Shown one piece after another: positions 1-8,908 of a stretch of DNA of 64,000 bases. The stretch comes from Minisyncoccota bacterium (lineage in GTDB: Bacteria > Patescibacteriota > Minisyncoccia > Phycocordibacterales > PALSA-1337), in the NCBI GenBank assembly GCA_041666915.1, contig JBAYFZ010000001.1, positions 73,086-137,085 on the forward strand, written 5' to 3'. A program made the translations under genes and the position numbers. The notes beneath the pieces were generated by a model. The model did not search any database. It had not been told where the DNA came from and was given only the letters and a program-made list of their open reading frames with translations. Position 1 is the stretch's first letter. Each line of letters begins with the position of its first letter.

Positions 1-152
1 AGACTTTGAAAGAAGTTGGACCAGATCATGATAAAAAATTCACTCTCGGTGTTTTCCTCGGTGATGTTCAAGTTGCTAGTGGTTCCGGACCTTCCAAACA
101 AGAAGCCGAACAAAAAGCTGCTGAGAAGGCCCTAGCTATCAAAGGCTGGTAA
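1..152 (+). CDS. rnc: ribonuclease III, C-terminal dsRNA-binding domain fragment (5' end lies outside the window)
   Basis: Frame-3 translation ...KKFTLGVFLGDVQVASGSGPSKQEAEQKAAEKALAIKGW* matches the conserved dsRBD tail of bacterial RNase III; stop TAA at 150-152. Confidence 0.6.
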   Translation, partial: TLKEVGPDHDKKFTLGVFLGDVQVASGSGPSKQEAEQKAAEKALAIKGW

Positions 153-179
153 TACTCTTATATTTGTTGTATTGTCTCT

Positions 180-443
180 GTGAAGGAGGACATTTACATT
201 ATGAAAAGTAATCGTAAAAAGATTAGCTTTTTTAGTCGTTCTAGGAAGAAGCTCAAGATTGACGTGACAAAGTTAATGCAGGCTTGTGGGCATTGTGGAG
301 AGAAAATGCCCATAATAAGTTGGCCTGAGCACATTAAAAGTTGTCCCAAGAGGAACGCTAATCCAATTGCACCTTTTGGTTCAAAACGTCATAGGAATAT
401 TCGTACGAGATTGAGGATTTTGGAGAGTATGGATTTGGTGTAA
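180..443 (+). CDS. hypothetical small basic protein with CGHCGE and CP motifs
   Basis: 87-aa ORF, lysine/arginine-rich, CxxC motif; followed by a hairpin plus T-run. No family recognised. Confidence 0.3.
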   Translation: MKEDIYIMKSNRKKISFFSRSRKKLKIDVTKLMQACGHCGEKMPIISWPEHIKSCPKRNANPIAPFGSKRHRNIRTRLRILESMDLV

Positions 444-465
444 CTCTTCGGAGTAACACTCGCAA

Positions 466-497
466 TCCCCGTAGCTGTAATAGCTGTGGGGATTTTT
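466..497 (+). terminator. rho-independent terminator (CCCCGTAGCTG...AGCTGTGGGG + TTTTTT)
   Basis: GC-rich inverted repeat followed by a T-run, directly downstream of the 180-443 ORF. Confidence 0.5.
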
Positions 498-539
498 TCA
501 TATAAAGAAAAATAAGGTAGAATATAAGCTAATACTCCG

Positions 540-2813
540 ATGTATCTAAAATCACTGGAACTTTCCGGATTCAAGTCATTCGCCAAAAAAGCGACGCTTA
601 GCTTCACGTCTCCGATAACAGGTATTGTTGGGCCGAATGGTTCGGGTAAATCCAACATGGCTGAGGCATTTCGTTTCGTTCTCGGTGAACAATCCATCAA
701 ATCTTTGAGAGGTAAGAAAGGTGAAGATATGATCTGGAATGGTGGTGGAGAAGTGGGAACAAATACAAATAGAGCCAATCGAGCTAGTGTCAAACTCGTC
801 TTTGATAATTCCCGCAGACTTTTTCCTACTATTGATTTCGATGAAGTAAGTTTAGAAAGAGTGGTCAATCGTGATGGGGTCAACGAATATCTTTTGAATG
901 GTAGTCAGGTTAGGTTGAAGGATATCGTAGAACTTTTGGCTGGGGCACATATCGGTGCTACCGGACACCATATCATTTCTCAAGGTGAAGCAGACAGGAT
1001 CCTTGGTGCATCTATACGCGAAAGAAGGGAAATGATAGAAGATGCTCTCGGTCTCAAGATTTATCAATGGAAAAAACAAGAGAGTATTCGCAAGTTAGAA
1101 AGAACCGAGGAAAACATGAAGCAAGTGGAATCTTTGAGAAGAGAGATCGCTCCGCATATCAAATTTTTGAAGAAACAGGTTGAAAAGGTTGAAAAAGCCG
1201 AAGAACTTCGTCGTGAGCTTGTTATTTTGTACAAGGAATATTTTGCTGTAGAAGATTATTATATAAAAACAGAAAAGGAAAAAGTTTTGCAAGAATTGGC
1301 TCCGCCAAAAAAAGAGCTTGTAGAATTGGAACAATCTCTGTTGACAGCAAAGAAGATTTTGACCGACTCCAAAGTGGCTGATAAAAAGAGTGGTGAGATT
1401 ATCGCTTATGAAGAAAAATTGAAAACTGTTCGTGCTGATAAAGACGCTTCGGTCCGTGAGCTTGGTCGTCTAGATGGAGAAATAAATGCTAATAAGAGGG
1501 CTATAGAAAAAGAAGAGAGTAGGAGAAAGAAGGAAGAATTCCAAACTGTTTATCTCAAAGATGTTGAGGAAGTTATTTCAAGAGTTGAACTTTTGAATTC
1601 AATATCCGATGCCAAGCAATTATTTACAGAAGTTATAGGACTTCTAAAAGGTTTTGTGACTGGACATAGAACTGCAACTGACTCTGCTTTTATAGGTGAA
1701 GCTGAGCAGGATATATCTAGACTTTCTGAAGAGAAAAAAGTTCTTGAAGTGAAGATTCAGTCCATTTTGAACGAAGAATCAAGATTGACTAGTGAGTACA
1801 ATAATCTCAGGAATACTATTGAAAAGGAAAAAGATACCGACCGTGAAGCTGAGAAGAACATTTTCAGGATTATTGCTCGTCAAAATGAGATACGAAATGT
1901 TATTTCCATTTTGAGTTCTAGACTTGAAGTTTTGAATAGGGAAGAAGATGCTTTCAAACAAGAGTTGGGGCAAGCGGGTATTGTGGTTGGAAGGGAGGCA
2001 GTGGATTACAAAGGCTTTGTTGCTACTGGGAATGACAGGACAATTCAAGAAGAGAGAAGAAAGAAGATAGAAAGAAGCAAAATTCGTCTAGAAGATGCTG
2101 GTGGTGGAGGCACAGAAGTTTTGAAGGAATATAGAGAGACCGAAGAAAGGGATACTTTCTTACAAAGGGAACTTGCAGACCTTGAAAAAGCTAAAGAAGA
2201 ACTTTTGAAGCTCATAAAGGATCTAGATATTCGCATTGATTATGAATTCAAGAGTGGTATTTTGAAGATTAATGACGAATTCCAGAAATATTTCAATTTG
2301 ATGTTCGGTGGAGGTCGTGCTTCTTTGGAGATCGTCAAAGAAACAAAGAGAAGGAGAAATTCTGATATAGAAGATTTGGGAGAAATACTTTCAGGTTCTA
2401 TTCCTGAAGAAAATTCGGGAGATGGTTCTGCTGTAGCCGACGAAAATCAAAACGCCCTAGAAGGATTAGATGTGAATGTTTCTCTGCCTAGGAAGAAGGT
2501 AAAGGGCCTCATGATGCTTTCTGGTGGCGAAAGGGCCCTGACTTCTATTGCTTTGCTCTTTGCCATCTCTCAAGTCAATCCACCGCCATTCATCATCCTA
2601 GATGAAACTGACGCGGCTTTGGATGAAGCCAATTCCAAAAAATATAGTGACATGATAGAGAATCTTTCCAAACATTCACAGTTGATACTTATCACTCACA
2701 ATCGCGAGACTATGTCACGTGCTGGCGTCATATATGGTGTCACCATGGGAGCCGATGGTGCTTCCAGACTCCTCTCTATTGCTTTTGAGGAGGCGGTCGT
2801 GGTGGCGAAGTAG
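540..2813 (+). CDS. smc: chromosome segregation ATPase, SMC family (short form, 757 aa)
   Basis: N-terminus MYLKSLELSGFKSFAKK...GPNGSGKSN (Walker A). C-terminus LSGGERALTSIALLFAI...ILDETDAALDEAN (ABC signature plus Walker B, D-loop). Long coiled-coil middle region. Confidence 0.8.
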   Translation: MYLKSLELSGFKSFAKKATLSFTSPITGIVGPNGSGKSNMAEAFRFVLGEQSIKSLRGKKGEDMIWNGGGEVGTNTNRANRASVKLVFDNSRRLFPTIDFDEVSLERVVNRDGVNEYLLNGSQVRLKDIVELLAGAHIGATGHHIISQGEADRILGASIRERREMIEDALGLKIYQWKKQESIRKLERTEENMKQVESLRREIAPHIKFLKKQVEKVEKAEELRRELVILYKEYFAVEDYYIKTEKEKVLQELAPPKKELVELEQSLLTAKKILTDSKVADKKSGEIIAYEEKLKTVRADKDASVRELGRLDGEINANKRAIEKEESRRKKEEFQTVYLKDVEEVISRVELLNSISDAKQLFTEVIGLLKGFVTGHRTATDSAFIGEAEQDISRLSEEKKVLEVKIQSILNEESRLTSEYNNLRNTIEKEKDTDREAEKNIFRIIARQNEIRNVISILSSRLEVLNREEDAFKQELGQAGIVVGREAVDYKGFVATGNDRTIQEERRKKIERSKIRLEDAGGGGTEVLKEYRETEERDTFLQRELADLEKAKEELLKLIKDLDIRIDYEFKSGILKINDEFQKYFNLMFGGGRASLEIVKETKRRRNSDIEDLGEILSGSIPEENSGDGSAVADENQNALEGLDVNVSLPRKKVKGLMMLSGGERALTSIALLFAISQVNPPPFIILDETDAALDEANSKKYSDMIENLSKHSQLILITHNRETMSRAGVIYGVTMGADGASRLLSIAFEEAVVVAK

Positions 2814-2933
2814 GATAATTTATCCGCCATTATGGAGAAATTGGAAAAGACATTCGATATGAATATTGCAGTCAATCGCAACCTCAATTCATGGTAAAAT
2901 AGCTCTACATAAACGAAATGGCATATAAATATT

Positions 2934-3998
2934 TTGTATATGAATAAAAAAATAATAAACAACATCAACATTCGTTCATCTGCTGCAGAGTATCTAACCT
3001 TTGTGTCTGCAACAGGAAATCAAGAAAACGCGATTGAAATGCGTTATGAGGACGAAAACATTTGGCTTACGCAAAAACTGATAGCTGAGCTTTATGGTGT
3101 TTCTGTCCAGGCGATAGACCAGCACGTCAAAACACTTATTGAAGTTGGCGAGCTTGATGAGGCAACTATCAAGCAGTACTTGATAGTTCAAAATGAGGGG
3201 AAGCGAGTAGTGCAAAGAAAGGTGGATCACTATAATCTCCAAGCAATTATTTCCGTTGGTTTCAAAATTGAAAATGAGCGAGCTGTGCAGTTTCGTAAAT
3301 GGGCGCGTCAGATCGTAAAAGACTACACTATTCAGGGCTGGACGATGAATGTAGATAGACTCAAACAAGCATATCAATTTGATAAAGAATTCTTCAAACG
3401 TCAATTGCAAAAAATCCGTGAAATTCGTCTCAGTGAACGCATGTTTTATCAAAAAGTTACGGACATTTATGCTACTAGCGTTGATTACGACCCATCTTCC
3501 TCGATAACACTTAACTTCTTCAAGAAAGTGCAAAACAAACTTCATTATGCAGTACACAGACATACTGCCCCAGAACTGATTGTGGAGCGGGCAAATGCTA
3601 CTAAGGATCATATGGGGCTTGAAACTTGGGAAAGTGCACCAAGAGGTAAAATCCAAAAATATGATGTTTCCGTAGCCAAAAATTACCTCACTCCAAAAGA
3701 GATGGAATTTCTTGAAAGACTTGTCTCTATGTATTTAGATTACGCCGAGCTCCAAGCAGATCGTAATATACCAATGACAATGGAAGACTGGGCGAAACGC
3801 TTGGATAAATTTATTGAGTTTAATGGAGCGGAATTATTGGTTAGTGCTGGAAAAATCAGTCATGAAGAAGCCATAATTCATGCTCAAACTCAATTTGAAA
3901 AATATCGCATTGTGCAAGACAAGGTATTTGAAAGCGACTTCGATCATTTTATGCAGTTAGAAAAAGCAGAAAATGAATACAAAAAATATCGCATATAG
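2934..3998 (+). CDS. RhuM-family virulence-associated protein
   Basis: Motifs YNLQAIISVGFKIENERAVQFRKWARQIVKDY typical of the Virulence_RhuM family. Confidence 0.55.
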   Translation: MYMNKKIINNINIRSSAAEYLTFVSATGNQENAIEMRYEDENIWLTQKLIAELYGVSVQAIDQHVKTLIEVGELDEATIKQYLIVQNEGKRVVQRKVDHYNLQAIISVGFKIENERAVQFRKWARQIVKDYTIQGWTMNVDRLKQAYQFDKEFFKRQLQKIREIRLSERMFYQKVTDIYATSVDYDPSSSITLNFFKKVQNKLHYAVHRHTAPELIVERANATKDHMGLETWESAPRGKIQKYDVSVAKNYLTPKEMEFLERLVSMYLDYAELQADRNIPMTMEDWAKRLDKFIEFNGAELLVSAGKISHEEAIIHAQTQFEKYRIVQDKVFESDFDHFMQLEKAENEYKKYRI

Positions 3999-4119
3999 AT
4001 GACTATAACTTAGCAAATTTTGTGCTTGTCGTCAGGCTCGATTGGTTCTTTATTCGTAACAATGATAACGCCTTATTCTGTCAATATCGCTTTTTTTGCT
4101 GATATGATAATGTTGACCT

Positions 4120-5184
4120 ATGAAAGTCAAAGATTTAAAGAATAAATTCCTAACTCGTTTCTCCAATGATGTCGGTATAGATCTCGGTACCGCCAACACT
4201 CTAGTTTACGTACAAGGCAAAGGTATAGTGGTCTCTGAACCTTCTGTGGTCGCTGTCAACGAAAAGACCGGGCAGGTGGTGGCTGTTGGGAAGGCTGCAA
4301 AAGAAATGCTCGGTAGAACCCCTGTGCACATCACTGCTGTACGACCACTCGTAGACGGTGTCATCTCTGACTTTGAAGTTACAGAAGAAATGATTGCTTA
4401 TCTATTGAAGCGTGCTGGAGAATTTATGCCAAAACGATTCCTTGGTCCACGAGTAGTGGTCGGAGTTCCTTCTGGAGTTACCAATGTGGAAGTTCGAGCT
4501 GTACGTGATGCTACGAAAAATGCTGGAGCTAGAGAAGTCTACGTCGTAGAACAACCCATCGCTGGAGCTATTGGTATTCGCTTACCGATCTTTGAACCTA
4601 TCGGAAGTATGATCATAGATATTGGTGGAGGCACCGCTGATATTGCCGTTATTTCACTCGGGGGTATTGTCCAGTCAAAGAGTCTCAAAGTTGCTGGTGA
4701 TAAATTGAATAGTGATATCATTTCTTATATTCGTAACGAATTCAAAATTCTCATTGGTGAGACTACAGCTGAACAAGTCAAAATATCTGTAGGAGCCGTT
4801 GTACCAGGAGAACCTTTGGAAACAACTATTCGTGGACGCGATCTCATCACAGGTTTGCCACGCGAAGTCGTCATCACTGATTCAGATATTCGTGAAGCTA
4901 TCGGTCAATCTATTGAAGTCATCGTTTCCTCTACTAGAGAAGTCCTTGAAACAACTCCACCAGAGATCCTTTCTGACATTATGCGAAGGGGAGTATTCTT
5001 GGTCGGTGGCGGAGCACTTATAAAAGGTTTGGACAGATTGCTTTCGGAGACTCTCCAATTACCAGTCACTATAGCTGACGATCCTCTCACTGCTATCGCT
5101 CGTGGTGCTGGTATTATTCTAGAAGATTTGGAAACCTATAGTCCTATTTTATTACACAGTGAAGATGACTTACTTAGAACCTAA
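4120..5184 (+). CDS. mreB: rod shape-determining protein MreB
   Basis: DLGTANTLVYV, actin-like ATPase motifs, GGGTADIAV; full length 354 aa. Confidence 0.9.
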   Translation: MKVKDLKNKFLTRFSNDVGIDLGTANTLVYVQGKGIVVSEPSVVAVNEKTGQVVAVGKAAKEMLGRTPVHITAVRPLVDGVISDFEVTEEMIAYLLKRAGEFMPKRFLGPRVVVGVPSGVTNVEVRAVRDATKNAGAREVYVVEQPIAGAIGIRLPIFEPIGSMIIDIGGGTADIAVISLGGIVQSKSLKVAGDKLNSDIISYIRNEFKILIGETTAEQVKISVGAVVPGEPLETTIRGRDLITGLPREVVITDSDIREAIGQSIEVIVSSTREVLETTPPEILSDIMRRGVFLVGGGALIKGLDRLLSETLQLPVTIADDPLTAIARGAGIILEDLETYSPILLHSEDDLLRT

Positions 5185-5950
5185 AAGACGTAGTAATACA
5201 AAAATAATCACGCTTATCACGGTCGTTGTCTTTATTGTATTTATTTTAATTCAAATATTTATACCACATATTTTCTCGGCTATATTCACCAGTATGGTCG
5301 CGCCATTTTGGCGAGCAGAATTTTCTATAGAAAGTGGAAGTCTCTCTTCACCTTCAGCTTTGCTTCGCGAGAATGAAGCTTTGAAACAAGAACTATCTTC
5401 GGTATTGGCTAGGATGAATGTTATTGAGTATATTGATTTTGAGAATTCTGAACTCCGTTCTCAAATGAGTAGAGGTTCGTCTACTACTCCGCATGTTTCA
5501 GTTGTTGTTTTGAAGCGACCACCTTTTTCATCTTATGATGAACTTATCATTGATGCCGGATTAGATCGTAATATTTCAACTACCAGTACCGTCTATGCTA
5601 ACGGAAATATCCCTATTGGTAGAGTCTTTGAAGTTTCGGGGCAGACTTCAAAAGTTATTCTTTTTTCTTCACCCAATCAAAAACAAGAAGTGCTCATTGG
5701 TCCGACTCATATTCCAGCTACAGCTATAGGTCGTGGCGGAGGTCAATATGAGGTAGAATTGCCAAGGGGTTTACAAGTTAATGAAGGTGATTTCGTCATT
5801 CTAGCTTCTTCTGATACTAGGCCAATAGGTAAAGTTGTTTCAATCAGTTCTGATTCAGCCGAACCTTTCCAAAAAATACTTTTTTCTCCACCAATCAATA
5901 TTTATGAATTAAGATGGGTCTCGGTTGATGTTGGTGGCAAGAAAAGATAA
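5159..5950 (+). CDS. mreC: rod shape-determining protein MreC-like
   Basis: N-terminal TM helix, coiled-coil segment and C-terminal beta-rich domain, immediately downstream of and overlapping mreB. Confidence 0.65.
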   Translation: MKMTYLEPKRRSNTKIITLITVVVFIVFILIQIFIPHIFSAIFTSMVAPFWRAEFSIESGSLSSPSALLRENEALKQELSSVLARMNVIEYIDFENSELRSQMSRGSSTTPHVSVVVLKRPPFSSYDELIIDAGLDRNISTTSTVYANGNIPIGRVFEVSGQTSKVILFSSPNQKQEVLIGPTHIPATAIGRGGGQYEVELPRGLQVNEGDFVILASSDTRPIGKVVSISSDSAEPFQKILFSPPINIYELRWVSVDVGGKKR

Positions 5951-5953
5951 TTT

Positions 5954-6338
5954 GTTGTCATTCCCGCGAAGGCGGGAATCCAGGATATTACCAAGACATA
6001 ACGAATAGTATGAATAAGGTATATTATGTTTATATATTAGCGAATGATAAGAATGGTACTTTGTATATAGGTGTTACTAATGATCTTAGAAGAAGGTTAT
6101 ATGAACATAAGAATAACCTAGTAAAAGGATTTACAAAGAAATATAATGTCCATAAACTAGTTTGGTACGAATATACTAATAGTATTGATTCTGCAATACA
6201 AAGAGAGAAACAGCTTAAGAAATGGAACCGTAAGTGGAAGATTAGACTAATTGAAGAAACCAATCCTATTTGGAAAGATTTATCTAATGACGATCTGTAG
6301 TGGTAATATCCTGGATTCCCGCCTTCGCGGGAATGACA
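5954..6338. mobile_element. 385-bp element: GIY-YIG nuclease gene flanked by perfect 37-bp terminal inverted repeats identical to the window's MITE family
   Basis: Left arm TGTCATTCCCGCGAAGGCGGGAATCCAGGATATTACC (5954-5990). Right arm is its exact reverse complement (6302-6338). The mreC stop and the GIY-YIG stop abut the arms. Confidence 0.6.
6010..6300 (+). CDS. GIY-YIG nuclease family protein (UPF0213/YhbQ-like, 96 aa)
   Basis: YYVYILANDKNGTLYIGVTNDLRRRLYEHK motif (GIY-YIG with conserved R and E). Confidence 0.8.
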   Translation: MNKVYYVYILANDKNGTLYIGVTNDLRRRLYEHKNNLVKGFTKKYNVHKLVWYEYTNSIDSAIQREKQLKKWNRKWKIRLIEETNPIWKDLSNDDL

Positions 6339-6344
6339 CAAAAA

Positions 6345-6626
6345 ATGAACAAAAATACAATTAAAAGATTAATATGTGACTTACTGATCTTAATATCAGT
6401 TATGAATGGTTGGTGGCCAATTGCTATAGTTGTTGGCTTATTCGGTAATTGGTTCTTCTTGTATTTTATAGAAATAATAATCGCTGGAGTAATATTTGAT
6501 TCACTTTTTGGTTACAACCAATATCTTGGAGTAGTCGGATATTATGGAACAATAATAACTGTAGTCATTTTCATCATAATTTCCGGATTGAAGAAAGTGT
6601 TAGGAAGAGGAAATAATATGTCATAA
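6345..6626 (+). CDS. small integral membrane protein (3 TM) in the MreD position
   Basis: Hydrophobic 93-aa ORF between mreC and the PBP2 gene. The upstream part of the called ORF is read-through of the repeat arm. MreD identity is positional inference only. Confidence 0.35.
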   Translation: MNKNTIKRLICDLLILISVMNGWWPIAIVVGLFGNWFFLYFIEIIIAGVIFDSLFGYNQYLGVVGYYGTIITVVIFIIISGLKKVLGRGNNMS

Positions 6627-6633
6627 TGCAATC

Positions 6634-8355
6634 ATGGTTATGAATTTTAGAAAAATAATATCTTGGAGACGTACTTCAAAAAGAGGACTAGAAATAGATC
6701 CTGATGAAGTCATGCTTGATTCTAGCAACCTTCCAAATTATGATACTTCTCAATTTGAAGGACGTCTGGAAAAACCAATTTCAAGAGCGATGCTTTATTA
6801 TGTCATCGTCATTTTTGTAATAATCGCATTTATTTTTACTATTCAAGCTTTCAAATTACAGATTATCCATGGATCCGAATATCAAGCCAGAAGTGAGAAC
6901 AATACTTTACGACCAGTTCCTATATTTGCAGGAAGGGGACTCATCTTAGATCGTAATGGAATAATGCTCGCGTGGAATTCTCCGGTTACAGATAAAGATG
7001 ATAAAGATGCTGTGTCAGTCCGTAATTACGCTACGACTACTGGTTTGGCACACGTACTCGGGTATGTTCAGTATCCGTCAAAAGATTCCAAGGGATTTTA
7101 CTATCAAGAAGATTTTAGAGGGGAAGCTGGTGTAGAAAAATATTATGATGAAAAATTATTAGGAACCCCCGGTTCTAGGTTGGTAGAAGTAGATGCTCAT
7201 GGGAAAGTTGTCTCCGAAGATGTGGTTCGTCCGCCCGTCCAAGGGCAAAATCTTGTTTTGTCTATAGATAGTCGTGTTCAATCGGCTGTTTTCAATAATC
7301 TTCGCGACATAGCTACGCGAGTAGGTTTCAGTGGTGGTGCTGGAGTTATCATGGACGTTAAAACAGGAGAAATTCTGACCCTTACCAGTTATCCAGAATA
7401 CAATTCCCAAATTATGTCAGATAAGACCAATTCATCAGCGGTTCGCGCAATGTTAAATGATAAGAGTTTACCTTTTCTTGATAGGGCAGTAGACGGTTTG
7501 TACACTCCGGGTTCTATCGTCAAACCTTTCGTAGCTTTGGGAGTACTTAATGAGAAAGTTATTGATCCAGATAAGATAATAGTAACCACTGGTTCTATTT
7601 CTATTCCAAATCCTTATGATGATACGAAATCTACTATCTTTCGTGATTGGAAAAATCTAGGTCCTGTAGATATGCGACACGCTATCGCTATGTCATCTGA
7701 TGCCTATTTCTATACAGTTGGTGGTGGTTTCAAAGATCAAAAAGGTTTGGGTATTATAAAAATAGATAAATATTTGAAAATGTTTGGCTTCGGTACTACG
7801 ACTTTAGATGGCAGTTCATCTTTTCTTTTGGATAAGGCTGGTACGATACCAACACCAGAATGGAAATTGAAAACATTTAATGAAAGTTGGTTTGTCGGAG
7901 ATACTTATCACACCGCTATCGGCCAATATGGTTTTCAGGTAACTCCAATGCAGATTATCCGTGCTCTCGGTGCTGTTGCCAATGAAGGAACTATTTTGAG
8001 TCCAACTATTCTAAAAGATGACAATGTTCATACAGAATCAAAGATTCCCATTCCAAAAGAGTATTTTGATATTGTTCACGAAGGTATGCGACTTTCAACC
8101 AAGATTGGTACTAGTGTTGCTTTGAACGTGTCTTATGTTGATATTGCTGGTAAATCTGGTACAGCTGAACTTGGAGTTTCAAAGAGCAAGGTCAACTCTT
8201 GGATTACTGGTTTTTGGCCTTATGAGAATCCAAAATATGCTTTTGTCTTGATGTTGGAACAAGGTTCGGTCCACAATCTCATCGGTGCCGCCGCCGCAAT
8301 GCGTCAGACGCTAGATTGGATGAGTGTAAATACTCCGGAATATTTCAACAAATAA
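6634..8355 (+). CDS. mrdA: penicillin-binding protein 2 (class B transpeptidase)
   Basis: N-terminal TM, SIVKP (SxxK), SSD (SxN-like), KSGTA (KTG). Location next to mreBC. Confidence 0.8.
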   Translation: MVMNFRKIISWRRTSKRGLEIDPDEVMLDSSNLPNYDTSQFEGRLEKPISRAMLYYVIVIFVIIAFIFTIQAFKLQIIHGSEYQARSENNTLRPVPIFAGRGLILDRNGIMLAWNSPVTDKDDKDAVSVRNYATTTGLAHVLGYVQYPSKDSKGFYYQEDFRGEAGVEKYYDEKLLGTPGSRLVEVDAHGKVVSEDVVRPPVQGQNLVLSIDSRVQSAVFNNLRDIATRVGFSGGAGVIMDVKTGEILTLTSYPEYNSQIMSDKTNSSAVRAMLNDKSLPFLDRAVDGLYTPGSIVKPFVALGVLNEKVIDPDKIIVTTGSISIPNPYDDTKSTIFRDWKNLGPVDMRHAIAMSSDAYFYTVGGGFKDQKGLGIIKIDKYLKMFGFGTTTLDGSSSFLLDKAGTIPTPEWKLKTFNESWFVGDTYHTAIGQYGFQVTPMQIIRALGAVANEGTILSPTILKDDNVHTESKIPIPKEYFDIVHEGMRLSTKIGTSVALNVSYVDIAGKSGTAELGVSKSKVNSWITGFWPYENPKYAFVLMLEQGSVHNLIGAAAAMRQTLDWMSVNTPEYFNK

Positions 8356-8437
8356 TCGTAAAGTGGATATATGTATTGAATTCCACAACATTTCTTGCTA
8401 GTATATGAATGATTAACCTTAATTTTCAATACTATTT

Positions 8438-8905
8438 ATGTCAACTGATGTTCAGTATCTTACAAGTGAGAAGTTTAGTGAGTTACAAAAGGAGCTAGAT
8501 TTTCTCAAAGTTGAGAGACGCAAGGAGATTGCTGAGCATTTGGAGTATGCCAAGAAGCTCGGTGACTTATCTGAAAATGCAGAATATCATCAAGCTCGTG
8601 AAGACCAAGCTGAGGTAGAAGGTCGTATCGGCAAGATTGAAAGCATATTGAAGAATGCTGTTATGATCGGTGTTGGAGGTACAGAAGTTATCACTATCGG
8701 TTCAACTTTTAGACTCTTGAAAGAAGGAGACAACAAGTCATATCTTTATACTATAGTCGGTTCAGAAGAAGCTGATATGGCTTTGGGTAAAATTTCCAAT
8801 TTATCCCCACTCGGTTCAGCATTGCTTGGTCACAAGAAAGGTGACAAAGTTGCAGTCAATACTCCAAAAGGTAAAATTGTCTATACTATAGATATCATTA
8901 AATAA
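8438..8905 (+). CDS. greA: transcription elongation factor GreA
   Basis: Coiled-coil N-terminus with LSENAEYHQAREDQ and a C-terminal FKBP-like domain; 155 aa. Confidence 0.9.
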   Translation: MSTDVQYLTSEKFSELQKELDFLKVERRKEIAEHLEYAKKLGDLSENAEYHQAREDQAEVEGRIGKIESILKNAVMIGVGGTEVITIGSTFRLLKEGDNKSYLYTIVGSEEADMALGKISNLSPLGSALLGHKKGDKVAVNTPKGKIVYTIDIIK

Positions 8906-8908
8906 AAA

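Noticed and set aside
389-883. 164-aa minus-strand ORF overlapping the start of smc (and similar antisense ORFs at 852-1079, 1095-1334, 1779-2236, 2994-3656, 7159-7589, 14967-15239, 19372-20009, 31442-31642 and others)
   Set aside because: Each lies entirely antisense to a well-supported conserved gene, with low-complexity or hydrophobic junk translations typical of AT-rich antisense frames.
6300-6344. N-terminal 15 residues (MVISWIPAFAGMTQK) of the small membrane protein ORF
   Set aside because: These codons are simply the right inverted-repeat arm of the GIY-YIG element read in frame. The start was moved to MNKNT at 6345.
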